The translations under genes and the position numbers were made by a program. DNA of 63,366 nucleotides, counting the filler, from Atractiella rhizophila (lineage: Eukaryota): assembly GCA_021432655.1 (NCBI GenBank). It is 2 parts of 2 records of this genome, joined end to end, with 100 filler letters (N's around TTAATTAATTAA, not from the genome) between each part and the next. Parts side by side here need not be neighbours in the genome. Positions count along the whole stretch, not along the records: positions 1 to 31,649 come from MU271692.1; 1 more part is not named here. The stretch is one strand, 5' to 3'. The notes under the pieces were generated by a model that was not told the origin of the DNA, ran no database searches, and saw only the letters and a list, made by a program, of their open reading frames with translations. Shown in pieces: positions 11,689 to 23,638 of the stretch (position 1 is the first letter of the stretch; every line of letters begins with the position of its first letter).

Positions 11689-13873
11689 TTATGAGATCCA
11701 TTCCACTGAACATATTTCCTCGAATTCTTTCTCCTGTTCCACTCTCACCAAAGGCACCGTAGCCCAATAACTAAGCGCTGCCTGTCGCTGCATTCCCTTC
11801 TCCCTCCTCTCTTCCTCCTGCACTCCATCCCAAGAGAGATCCATAAGAGTTTGAGGAGGTAGAATTGCCTCAAATAAGAGGGAGAGAAGTGCCGTCTGCT
11901 CGCCGTAACCTGTTTGGAGGGTGGAGACTGTGTCGACTGTCATGGAGCGATGAGCTGGAGAATGCTAGAGGTGAGATGAGGGAGAGGCGAAACCAACCGA
12001 AACGTGAGAGAGGCCAAGTCAGCCATGCAGGCTTTGAGAAAGTCCATTCTATGCCTCTCGCCTTCGAGGCATCCATGAGTAGTCGTTCCAAGGCATCCAC
12101 TGTCTGCTCCATTTGTTCAATCATCGATCGCTGACCGCCATCCAGAGTTAGCTATTTAGCGAGGAAGGCGCGAAGCTGGTTAAGGGAATATTGACCAGTT
12201 GTGCCATCGTGTTTTGTAAGGCAGAGAGCAGGCTGGAGAGCTCTTGAGATTTTTGCAGGATGTAGTCTGTCCGCAGGTTCTCCCTCATAGAAGCGGAAGA
12301 GGTGGTGAGCGAGTCGAGGGAAGCGAGCGCCGAACTGGAACAAACAAATCGTCAAAAGCTTCCTTCCAGGTAAGGCCGAAATGCGAGTGCCTTTTTTTAA
12401 CCTCTTCAGTTTCATGAGAGAGAAGGTCACAATTCGTCCCTTCAATCAGGGAACAGTTAAATGGTTTGCAGTTTTAAAATAAATGGGTTTTCGAAAACAA
12501 ACTGTATTTTTTGTCTCCCTCTTCAGGAAACCAATCTCGGACTCCTTTCTTAGGACATTTATCTTCCTTGCGGAAAAAGATTACGAAATTGAGGTCTGGA
12601 AATAAGTCGCAATTCAGTTGGAACGGAAACTGACTGAACGGTACTGAATCGCCTGTCCCGTGGCTGTGGAGGCATGTCCCGGTGAAGTGAACAAGTTAAA
12701 GAGTTAAAAGAGAGGTTAACAATGGCTCCCGCTATCTAAGCCTCCTGCCATCACGGTAAAAGAAAATTCAACACCGTAAATCATAGCTTACACCTTCGGC
12801 AGTTCTCACTGACCAGCATACGTCGTCTTGCCCATAAAGACCGCGTAGCAAATAAAAATCGCAGATGACACTCCTCCACAGAATCTCCCGTCACATCCTC
12901 ATACTACACGGCCTGGGGAACGTAGCACAAGGCCTCTACGCTATCCTCTACCCCTCCTCCTGGGCACTCAAGGCCGGACCTGGTTTCGCGACTGCGAGCT
13001 CCCAGGCGGTCCAAAGCATTGGTTAGTCAACACGCATCCTTTGTTGGTCCTGCACAGCTACTCATTAAATCCTTTCTGCGTTTCGATGTTCAATAATACG
13101 ACATTTCGATTCTCAACGATCGAAGCACTGGGATGCCTTGGTGTGGGAATTTATAGTTTCTTTGGCGCTTTGACCGGGGATAGAAGGTTCTTTATTATCA
13201 CTTGTGGACTCAGAACTGTTTTTGCGATTGTGGTCGCCTTGAATTGGGGAAAAGAAAATACAGGAGTAGTGGCTTATGAGAGCGTGGTGGCTGTTATCGC
13301 TGCCAGCGCCGCTTTGTTATGACGCTGGATCATGTAGTGACTTTTATGTAGAGTTCAGCGATGTGGACGATCTATGCGAGCGCTAGGAAAGTAATGTCCA
13401 GATATTGTTTCACACAATCAATTCTGTGTCATCATTCTCAGAGAGGAGATAACATCAAGTGAGGAGAGTGCGAGTGGCACTTCAAGGAAAAAATTTTTGG
13501 TACGACGGTAGAGAACAGCAAACGCTAGCGATTTCAAAGAAGCAAACGCTAGCTGAATGCACAAGGCGAATAAATCTCACCTCGTCTCATCCGCTATCTC
13601 CACGATCTTCCTCGCATTTCCCAATCCCTCTACTCCAAGGACGAGGGCAATCCATCCCTTCCTAATCTTCCTATGATCTGCCAATAAATTTTTCAGCTTC
13701 TTGTGATATGGCGTCTCTGCCACCGTTCCAATTGACTGCGATGGTCCTAGTTTCGAGGGAGTCTTTGAAGTGGTCCCGGTCGGAGATTCCGGTGGTGCTG
13801 AGCTGCCTCGTTTGGTAGGCGTGGTTGGAGGGGTGTTGAGGGAGTAGCGCGGTTTGGCAGAAGGTCGTGGCAT
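11689..13873 (-). CDS. Hypothetical protein; intron 1 (12335-13580) hosts a nested gene
   Basis: Exon 1 ends ..EIADET-AG|gtgaga at 13580 and joins ttccag|T-TCG at 12334 in phase. This gives ..ETSSALASLD..MAQL|RSMIEQMEQ..WLTWPLSRF|VDTV..VEWIS*. Confidence 0.8.
12865..13322 (+). CDS. Small ~4-TM membrane protein nested antisense in an intron
   Basis: MTLLHRISRHILILHGLGNVAQGLYAILYP..AVQSI|ALGCLGVGIYSFFG..AASAALL*. One intron (13022-13125), in phase. Four hydrophobic segments. Confidence 0.8.
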
Positions 13874-14307
13874 GATGAGAAGACTCGATTCTGGGCACAG
13901 GGTAGAGTAGATTGGCTGAAATATGCGGGATCAAGCTTCCAGATTTAGCGATGTAGCAATCCGACTGATGGTTCCTTTCGATGCCCACAGTCAACCACTA
14001 CTTGAGACCGTCTGGACAAGGTCACGTGTCTAGGCGCGACCTTTGTAATAGAGAGGCTCAAACAAAAGGAAAGGAATTGAGCCCTATTCTTGTTATCATC
14101 ACATTACTCATATCCTTTGCAGTCTCGCAGACCAGAGAGGCCTATTCCCTTCTTACTTCACAAACTCCCCGTTAATTGCTTCCGCTAGCTTGCCGCTCCT
14201 GCCGCTCAGTAAGGTTCCCTTTTCGCGCAAATTCGTCGACCATCTCTTAGCATCTCCAAAGCCCCAGCGCTCCAGAGCAGTACAAGGAGCTCGTAGAAAC
14301 TGACACA

Positions 14308-16331
14308 ATGTCACGTTCGACATTCCGCGACTCGCGTTTTATCTCCTTTCTTCCCTTCATGCAGCAGAAGAAGTCTTCGCTTTTGGTAGACGAAGAACGC
14401 GAGGACGAAGTTAACGAGCGCACTGCGTTGTTGGAGGACCAAAAGAAGAAGAATGGGAATGGGAAGAGCACCCCGTTGCCTAAAGGGCAGTTGTTCGTTC
14501 TTTGCGCTATGCGCTTTACGGAGGTATATACCTTTCTCTCCCTTCCCCTCCTCCACTGCCCAAGCTGATTTGGCGTTTTGTGGATGACGGCGGGGTGAAT
14601 AGCCAATCGTTTTCACTTGCATCTTCCCATTCGTCAACCTCATGATTGAGGATCTCGGAATCACCGATGATCCGAAGAAGGTGGGATATTACGCTGGGTT
14701 CATAGTATGTGTTTCAACCTGCATTCTCTGTCTTGCTTTCTGTTGCCGCCGGAGAAGTCCCACCTGTTCAACCTTTTCGTTTCTAAGCTATGCAAACCTG
14801 ACGCTCACGAAACATGACAGGAATCAGTCTTCGCCCTCACCCAATTCCTGACCATCCTTCACTGGGGCCGACTATCCGACATCATAGGCCGGAAGCCCAT
14901 CATGTTAACTGGTCTGGCTGGTGTCACGCTCTCCTCGTTATGTTTCGGACTCTCGACGACCTTCCCTGCCCTTGTCGCAAGTAGAGCGCTAGCTGGAGCC
15001 TTGAATGGAAACATTGCAGTTTTGAAGAGCATCATTGGAGAAATCACCGATAGATCGAATGTCGCTAGGGCTTTCAGCTTTTTGCCTCTTTGTTGGGCTT
15101 TGGGAGTCGTCATCGGGTTCGTTACTGCCTCCTCCCCTTCTCCCATTTGTAGTTGATTGCTCATAATTCGAATGCAGTCCTCTATTAGGTGGTTTTCTCA
15201 GCCGGCCAGCCACTAGGTATCCGAATATATTTGGCCGGTTCGAGTTCCTGCATCATTATCCCTACTTTCTACCAACGGCAGCGGCGGCGGTCTTTCCTGC
15301 TATCTCTTTCGTTCTCGGATTCCTCTTTCTCAAAGAGGTTCGTATACCCTCCCAATCTCTCCTTCCCGAGGCATTTCTTCGCATTCATTGATCATGGCTT
15401 CACTGCGCAGACCCTCCCATCCAAAGTGGCTCGATCAAAAGCTGTCGCGGAAGGAGAACCGGTGAAGAAAGTAGAGAGAGCACCGTTGAAGGATTTATGG
15501 AGCAAGAAGATAGTCGCGCTCCTCATCAATTATGGACTCCTCGCTCTCGAGACTATATCACTCGATGCACTCATCACCCTCTTTTGTTATACCCGAGTCG
15601 AGCTTGGAGGATTAGGCATGGATGAGTCTAGCATAGGGTCCGTCGTCATCCTTCACTGTTTAGTTGAGTAGTTTGCTGAGTGATGGGAATAGGAAAGCGC
15701 TCAGCTACGCTGGATTCCTCAGTATCCTTGTTCAACTCTTCATCTTCCCTCCGCTGCAGAAGAGGATCGGTACGGTGGCCCTTTACAGGAGCATGATGGC
15801 TCTTTATCCCATCGTATTTGCCCTCTTCCCTCTATCTAACGTTTTCGCACGAAAGGGAGATATGAAGTCTGCACAAGGAGTATTGTGGACTATACTTACC
15901 ATTAAGGTTATCGCCAACATGGTCTATGGTTTGTTTCCCTCCACCCTTCAGTGTCTCATAGCTCTCGTTGCTAACTGAAACTATCCGGATCGACTATAGC
16001 CTGTAACATGATTCTCGTCAACGCTGCCGCTCCATCTCCATCTCTTTTAGGGACAATGAATGGTATAGCCCAATCGGTGGCGAGCGGCATGCGAGCCTTG
16101 GGACCGGCAGCGTCAACCTCACTTTTTGCACTGAGCGTACAAAAGAATGTGATGGACGGAAAGCTCGTCTGGGTCGTCTTTTCTACCATCGCCGCTGGCG
16201 CGTTCGGGACCAGCTGGTTACTGCATGATGAGAGGACGGATGACGAAAAGAAGGATGAGGAGAGGGAGGAGAACGAGAGGAGGAGGGCAGCTATGGAGGG
16301 GTTGGAGGAGGAGGAGGACGTAATTGCTTGA
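14308..16331 (+). CDS. Major facilitator superfamily transporter (YCR023C/ZIFL-like)
   Basis: TPLPKGQL, KVGYYAGFI, WGRLSDIIGRKP (MFS motif A), LNGNIAV, LGTMNGIAQ. Many TM segments. Confidence 0.9.
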
Positions 16332-16453
16332 GAAGTTTGAAAAAAAAGCCTCACATGAGGATGTACATTATCTAGTTTTTGGAGTGTAGCAGTACATATA
16401 GAATGTAGAGTTGACGTAATGATACAACGACTATACCAACATAAACAACGTTG

Positions 16454-18000
16454 TTACAGAATGTCCTGACAGAAAGTACCCCACTTCAACACCATTGACC
16501 GGACCCAAAGTTCATAGTCGCCCTTCGTGGCTTTGAATAACTCCTTATGTTCCCTTTTACAATCTTTACACTCTCCCCTGACCTGCTCAGCCCTTCCCGC
16601 CATCTCAATGAGACAAAGACGCTCCCAACGCTTGTGATTCCTGCCACCTTCGGACGATACCTGCTGAGCGCCAGCGATCCGTGTCCCATGCACACCGCCA
16701 GACAAAGGGTAGAAGTCGCGAAGAACGAGCTGGCGAGATGGACATTGTGCTCGCCATTGAGAGAGGCGTGCAACGGGATGGAGGGAACGTCCGAGCTTTA
16801 TATACGTCGTGCTTGAAGCCGAGGAAGAGGAGGAGGCGGGGAGGAGCTCGTAGACATAGATGTGCCCTGCAATATCCCTATGTTCAAGAAGAAAAGTTAG
16901 ATCACGATAAAAATACTGCGACTACAGACTTTGGATTCCGGTCTTTCCCCACTTCAAGCCGGAGCATCAATCGAGTTTCCTCAGGCAGAGATTCATCTAT
17001 CCAGTCCTTAAACTCGATCCATTTTCCATTCACAAATGTGCCTTTCTCCCCAAGAACCTTAATTGTCATCAGTCTCGAGTTTAAAGTAAAGGGGGATGGG
17101 ACAAACCTGTTTCGAATGCTGAAAACAGAACCGTCGAACTCCGTACTCTTCTGCATCGTCTGCAATACTTAACTCTGACAAGCGCAAAACCTCATCCAGA
17201 GCGTCCAGATCCGTCTGTGTAATACCTGACGATGTATTCTGTACCATCCTTGTGCACCGCTTCCCTGTCGATGTCGTTCCAGAGCACTGAACACCATCCT
17301 TCCCTGCACTCAATGACGATGGGGTGGGAGAAGGAGAAGGATCCCGCTTCTTCCGCTTGGGCGTGATTGCAGTGTCAGAGACTGAATGTGCGTGATTGGA
17401 GGTGTTGATGACAGGATGAAGGTGTGTAGCAGTTGAAGACGATGTGGGAGGGACAGGAGCTGGAGGTGAGGAGTAAGTGCGTTGATGATATGGCTTTCGT
17501 GGAGGTGGCGGTAGGGAAGCCCCGACGGAAGACGATAAAGGAGGATGCGAAGGATGCGAAGGCTGCTGAGGGGTGACCACAGGACGTGGAGGTCGAATCC
17601 CAGCAATCCCATCGGACGGAAAGCTCGCAGGAATAGACGCTGTAGGGATCCAGGGTTCTGGCATTCTCAGCCTGTCGTCCCGCTCAGGCTCAACTTCCAC
17701 ATTGAACACTGGTGGGGTCGGGAGCACAGCGACTCCAGGAGCGTGCCACGGTTTAGCGTAGAGGAGTGGTGGCTTGCCGCCATTCCCAACTGTGGAGATG
17801 CTTCGAGGTTTTGGAGGCGACGGAGGCGGCGGTCGTCCCGTCAATGGAAGCTCTGTGGCACTCACTGAAGCTTGCACACCTCCACCTGTGCGGCGGATTC
17901 CCAGTGCCGGATCTGGTAAAGGTCGTGGTCCCCAACCTATCCCTCCATCGTCAGAATCTGGGATACACAAGTTGCAGAGGTAGCGAAAAGATTGTCCCAT
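16454..18000 (-). CDS. T5orf172/DUF1766 (GIY-YIG-like) domain protein
   Basis: QCSGTTSTGKRCTR..RFCFQH Cys/His motif; GHIYVYEL..YIKLGRS..RLSQWRAQC; RWERLCLIE..CKDCKREHKELF. Confidence 0.75.
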
Positions 18001-18839
18001 GTCCGAGGGAAAGAGAAGGGAGAAGAGACCGGAAACCTGCCATAGGGTGTCACACAGGAGAAGGACGGCAATGCATACAAATAACGGGATTTGTACATGA
18101 TAGCTTAGGTAACAGACCAATGAGGAATATCATTTTGATAGACTACTTTTAAACCCCCATGCTTTGACCGGAATTGGTTCTGAATCAACGACGAGAAATC
18201 AAAAGCAGAATACAGACTTGACGCAACTGGCAGCAATCAAGCACGAATCGATGGGATGGGGGTAACAACAACATGCGCCAAATCATGACTTGGTGTGTGT
18301 TCCTTTAAGCGTTCCAATATGCCGTCTGGACCTTTAGTACATCTAGATCAAGACATCACGCAATATGGAAGACGGTAGGTACAGAAATTCCCTCTGTAAT
18401 CAATGCTGCATCAAATGTTCAAGTGCTAAATTGCATGGTTCTCCCTTCAATGCAACATATGACTCAATTTCAGTAAAGGGGAGATTGACTCAAGCATGTA
18501 ACAGAGGCTCCCACAGTGGAGTTGCACAAAAAGTGTGCTAGAGGTATCCTATACGGCGCTCCTCACTAATCAAAAGATCCGACGTTCACCAAACAAGGAT
18601 GTATCTAGCATAAAGTCACACCGTAGTCTATGGTAGCTTCGTGGAGCAGAGCGAGAGGCAATGTTTCTCACACTCGTCTCCAACATGGAACACATTGGTT
18701 TAGGAAATCTTCACCATAAGCCTTCCTCTATGATGGAAGTATACATTTAGGATTACATTGGACATCGTATGGCGACAAACTTCCCTCAATAAAGAAAGGT
18801 TTGGCATGCGAAAGCAAAACAGCTCCTCCATGCCGGATA

Positions 18840-19280
18840 TCTAAGAGGGAAAGGAAGGGCAAAAGAACCAAAAACAAGGCAACCAATTCCAAAAAAAAGC
18901 CGCAAACCCCCCGAAAAACAAAAACCCCCAAAAAACCCCCCCAAAAAAAAAAACCGCCAACAAAGCAGAAAACAACAAGAACCAAAAAAAAAACATCCAA
19001 CAATCAAAAAAACCACCACAAGACAGCAAGAAGTACAAAGAAATAAAAGAAAAAAAAAAAGAAAACGATAAGCAAACTTGAGAAACATTGTGTACTTACC
19101 CCTAGAGCTCCTATCACTCATCATTCCAATGCCTTTATCATCCAAGCTCCCGCTCCTGACCTTTGGTGGGCGGGGAAATCGACTTTCGTGATCGGGTGGG
19201 AGAGGCGGAGAGGGTAAAAGGTCTTTGAGGGGGCTTGAGTCGCGACGGGGTTGTGGAGCAAGGAAGGAGAGCAATCCCAT
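18840..19280 (-). CDS. 5' part of a hypothetical multi-exon gene
   Basis: MGLLSFLAPQPRRDSSPLK..DRSSR followed by a gtaagt donor. Downstream exons are unresolved. Confidence 0.35.
18860..19065. other. A/C-rich low-complexity tract, probably low-quality consensus
   Basis: Almost no T, irregular homopolymers with no periodicity. It follows a poly-T run inside a minus-strand intron. Confidence 0.6.
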
Positions 19281-19642
19281 TGGAGCCGAACTAGATTACT
19301 GGCACTCGATATCAAGGATGTGACACGATGTCGTCGTTCTGACTTGATTCATGCCTGCTGTGAGGTTGACGTTCGTAAATACAGGCAAAGCTTAGCACCA
19401 CGTGATTTTATAACACAGAGACAGTGCGTGATCTTTATTCTTTGAAATACCTAGTGTAGACAATTTAATGTTATTAGTCCAGATTCTGCTAGATTCTTTA
19501 GTACAATAACATAAAAGAAGGGACCAATGCGAAAGACAAACCTGCTGCATGATCGAAACAGTGCCAAACTCAGGGTATACCTAATCAATGTTACAAAACG
19601 TTTTCCACACCCTATGGCCCTCTCAGTACTGCTCCCACAAAA

Positions 19643-20962
19643 CTAGTAAGAAAGAACGGACCAAACATCTCCTCTCCTTTCAAAACCCAGCCACATCCTT
19701 TCATCAATCTGCACTTCTACCAGCTCCAAGCCATGTTGAGTCTTCTTATCATCTTCCTTTCCGTCCGTATCATCAATAATTGTGAGTTTTTCATCCACCT
19801 TCTCTCCATCCAGTAACCGCTTCACCTCTTCTTCCTCATCCTCAACCACCATTTTCCCCAACAGCCATACAACCTCTTCAGGATCCAAACTGCCCTTCTC
19901 AAACCTCAGACTTCTCAAGCTCTTGTGCGCATCGTGTATGAAGCTTCCACGAGAACACGCTCGTGTACCGCCGATCGTGATATGTTCGAGTTTGGGGAGG
20001 AAAGGGACAATATCATCTATGACGCCTGGGGTTGGACCATTTTGAGCCTGAATCGGCAGTGGAGGAGGTGGCGCCTTCTTACTCTTCTTTCCGTTCGATT
20101 TCCCCTTTGATTTCGATCCTGCAGTCTTTGTAGCCAGTGACGTTACTTTCGGCTTGGAAGATGAAGGAAAGACACGGAGGGTGAGCCGCCGAATGGCGTT
20201 TCGGAAGTCCCAGAGGTTCCAAAGGTGGCGATTCGGCAGCCTCCAATCCAATATGAGCGTTTCCAGAGTGGCTTGTGATTTGCCTAGAAGCCAAATAAAC
20301 TGAAAAATATTGAGGGCTTTTGAATCACGGGAGAGGAAACGCTTCAGTTTGTACTGTGGCACTTCCATTCCTGTGAGGGCGGAACGGTTCGAGTTGATGT
20401 TCGAAAGTTCCAGGGTCTCGAGATGCGGAAGTGAGGAGACGAGACGGCCGACAGCGTAGAGGTTGAACCCCACACCTTCAGCTCCGAGAATTTTGAGCGT
20501 TCTAAGTAGATGCAGGTGCTGCCCAATGGCGAGAAGAGAGGAACGCTGAAATCCGGAGAAGCAGAGACGATCGAATTCGAGGGAGGAAATGTTGTCGACC
20601 CGACAAATGACGCTCTCCACCTCACTCTCTCCTATCATTTCCTTCCTCGGTGGTACCTCTCTATCTAGGTTAAGTCCACAAAATCGAAGAACCTTTCGTC
20701 CCCAACGGGCATTGACCCCGTCGTATGCGTATGGAAAGACAGCGAGTTGGCTCCGCGAATGAAGGGAAAGTTGAAGGGAGACGACGTGAGTTGCGGCACG
20801 CCTCCAGAGCTGAGAGACGAGGAGAAGGGGTACAAATATCGAGGAAGGAACGAGCGTTAGAGAAGGGATCGTACGTGTTCGCTTGTCTTGATGTGGGAGG
20901 AGAAGGAGTTGTTGGAAAATGAGGACAAGGAGCTCGTGTGACAGCTGAGGAGAAGGAGACAT
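19643..20962 (-). CDS. F-box-like / LRR-like protein
   Basis: 439-aa ORF with N-terminal LSHELLVLIFQQL and repeated LxxLxL motifs (LRTLKI, LETLEL, LETLIL, LRSLRF). Confidence 0.65.
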   Translation of the reverse strand: MSPSPQLSHELLVLIFQQLLLLPHQDKRTRTIPSLTLVPSSIFVPLLLVSQLWRRAATHVVSLQLSLHSRSQLAVFPYAYDGVNARWGRKVLRFCGLNLDREVPPRKEMIGESEVESVICRVDNISSLEFDRLCFSGFQRSSLLAIGQHLHLLRTLKILGAEGVGFNLYAVGRLVSSLPHLETLELSNINSNRSALTGMEVPQYKLKRFLSRDSKALNIFQFIWLLGKSQATLETLILDWRLPNRHLWNLWDFRNAIRRLTLRVFPSSSKPKVTSLATKTAGSKSKGKSNGKKSKKAPPPPLPIQAQNGPTPGVIDDIVPFLPKLEHITIGGTRACSRGSFIHDAHKSLRSLRFEKGSLDPEEVVWLLGKMVVEDEEEEVKRLLDGEKVDEKLTIIDDTDGKEDDKKTQHGLELVEVQIDERMWLGFERRGDVWSVLSY

Positions 20963-21512
20963 GCTTCGTTTCCGACAGATTAAGACGTTGCCTCTTTCCG
21001 TCGAGGCTTTGGGTCGTTATAGAGAACGAAAGACGCGTCGTAGATGATCCTACCTTCGCTCTCCGCCACGACACTGCTACAACTGTCAGCTGCAACCTGC
21101 AACACGAAAAAGATAGAATTTTATACACGAAGGAAAGAAAATTGTCCTTATCCAATCTCTTTCGTCCCGCCTCCTAATCTTGCTTGAAGCAAAGCTGGAA
21201 GGAAAGTAACTTGAAGAATGGGAACAAGGTTCGGCTGGCGGAAGCGAATGCATGTTACACAAAGTCGTTTCTTATAATTAGCTATATCCAAAGGTTAACT
21301 GTACCCCATACTTTAATGATCGCAGATATGGCTAGCGTGGTAAACGTGGTAAGAAAATTGACCTTTATCGCCTGTCACAGAACGTAATTTCCATTGCTTG
21401 ATGTTTTATGCTATTGTAACAAAATCATGCCTTGCCCCATCCACTCAACCAATCTACCATCCCAATGCCCATACAACCCTCACCTCACATCAGCGACGCT
21501 CTCCAAACCTAA

Positions 21513-23468
21513 CTAAGCTTCGACGATTCCCTCTCCCTCCCTCTTCTTCAACACGAGTTCATGACCCATCGCTCTCCTCCACACATCCTTCACATCATCG
21601 CACACAGTCTCAAAGTGCGATGTCGCATCGTACGACTTCGTGACAAAGACGTTATCGTAGTTCCCGCTGCTTGCTGGGTTGTACAACGGCGCGATGGTCA
21701 CGAACTTCTCGCTGATGGGTCCTAGAAGCTTGAGACCTGCCTCGATCTCTAGTTCCGGTGTGGAGGTCTCGACAATGGTGGATACGATGGCGATGATCAT
21801 ATCTTTAGGGCAAACGTTATGCGTGTATGAGATGGCGGCAACGTAGATATCTGTGATGCATGATCGCCGTCAGCAGGGGTATTGCGAATGCGGGATTGTA
21901 GCGTGAGGACTCACCGTTTTTCCTGTTGACCTGGTTTTGGGGGATGATGAGCTGAACAGAATCGGAGTCGTCGGTATTGGGAATAGGATGCTTCAGGAAA
22001 CAGATGGCCCTGATAACTTTTCCAGTTTCCATAACCTTATCCTCTCCCGTCTTGCCTCCCTTATCACCAATAAAGTAAGAGGGGTCACCAATGACCTTCT
22101 CCGCCTTCACAGTTTCCTCACCGCTCCTCACACCCACAAACTTTCCATCCGCACCATAAACGATCTCATCAATCTTCTTATCGAGCATATAGGTTCCTCC
22201 ATAGATAGCCGAAAGTCTTGCGAAGCCTTGTGGCAGCTCACCGAGACCATAGAGGGGGTAGATGTACGGCGACTTCCCGTAACGCGCGACGGAAGAGGTG
22301 TAGAGCATGATGCGCTCGTACGTTTCGCGAACGGGACGCGTCATGTATGAATCTTCGAGGTGTAGCGCCATAGCGTGTCCGATGAAGTCCTGAGTTCCAG
22401 GCTCAAGTCCAAATTGTGTGTAGACATCCTTCATCGGCGTCTCGTCAATTTTGATGCCCTGGTGGGTAGCCGGATCCTCATCTCTACAGGAGGTAACGTC
22501 AACATCAGCCCATCATCCGCAATATATCGCCAAGGAAGGATGAGGGAAGGAACTGACTTGAAATTTTGCACCCACTCCAAAAACTTCTTCATTCTCCTCT
22601 TCTCAAACAGACCCATCAAAGGAGACTTGACGGCTTCCATCTCGGAAGCAGGGACCTTGGAGATCTTGCCATCGCGGAAGACGTAAGATCCAGCGATCTG
22701 CTTGAATTCCAGGTAGCGGGTCACGTCTGTGTGGACGAGCATCTTGGTCAATTCTCCATTCGACATCATAAATTTCGGAATCAGGTCCACTGAGTAGTCG
22801 CGATCGCGTCCTAGCTCGGCTGGAGGAGCTGCTCCGTCGCGGAACTTGCGGAAGAGCTGAATGAAGAAAGAGTCAGTGCTGACCATTGATAAAGTAATCA
22901 CGTTGAGGAGTTGCCGTCCATGGATCAGAGAGACTCAGTAGGCCGTTGTGGATAATGATTATACCATCATCCAATCCCATCCGCACAAGTGTGGAAAGTA
23001 AGGAGGGATTCAGTTGGGGTATCTCTTCACCGTAGTCGTAACTTGATCAATACCAGAGCTACTTGCATGGAGGTATTGCTGTCAAGCAAATATCACTGCT
23101 AATCGGAGCTCCATAAATCCACTTGATATCACCTCCTTGAAGCAATGGCCTCGAAAAAACGAAGCAAGACATGGGTTGATCCGATGAATATTTCCCCAAG
23201 ACTCCATACTGACTCCGTTGCCTTGATATGGCGATCGAATGAACATACCTGGCTAAGATTCAAACTGGCTGACTCTCCACCATAATAGTCGTTCCTGTCC
23301 ATGTGCAGGACCTTCTTCCCCTCAACTGAAAGCAGCCCGGAGAGGATACATTCCGTGAGTCCCGTTCCGAGGACGATGTAATCATCTGTTTCCATCCATC
23401 AAAGGACACATCTCTTCAGCTTCGCTCTAGGGGCAAGAAGTAGAACCAAGCGTACAGGTCTCATCCAT
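21513..23468 (-). CDS. GDI1: Rab GDP-dissociation inhibitor
   Basis: [95 protein letters not shown]. Confidence 0.97.
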
Positions 23469-23638
23469 AGTGATTTATGAGGGAGCAAAGCGAGAGATGA
23501 GAACAGATGCAGTTCGATGCACTCGATCGTGGTTGTCCAAAGGCAGGCGAAGGTTCCGAACATGTTGTTGCGACCATTCCGGATCCGGGACAAACGACAA
23601 AGTAGCAAACTCCCCCTTCCCAACTTACTACTTTCCCA

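Noticed and set aside
18786..19280. Lys-rich and Phe-rich ORFs in the A/C tract
   Set aside because: These are by-products of aperiodic low-complexity sequence following a homopolymer, typical of degraded reads.
23039..23058. AACTTGATC-AATACCAG resembling the TPP riboswitch core
   Set aside because: It is antisense to GDI1, lacks the P5 5' strand and the CTGAGA motif, and the host is not a thiamine gene.
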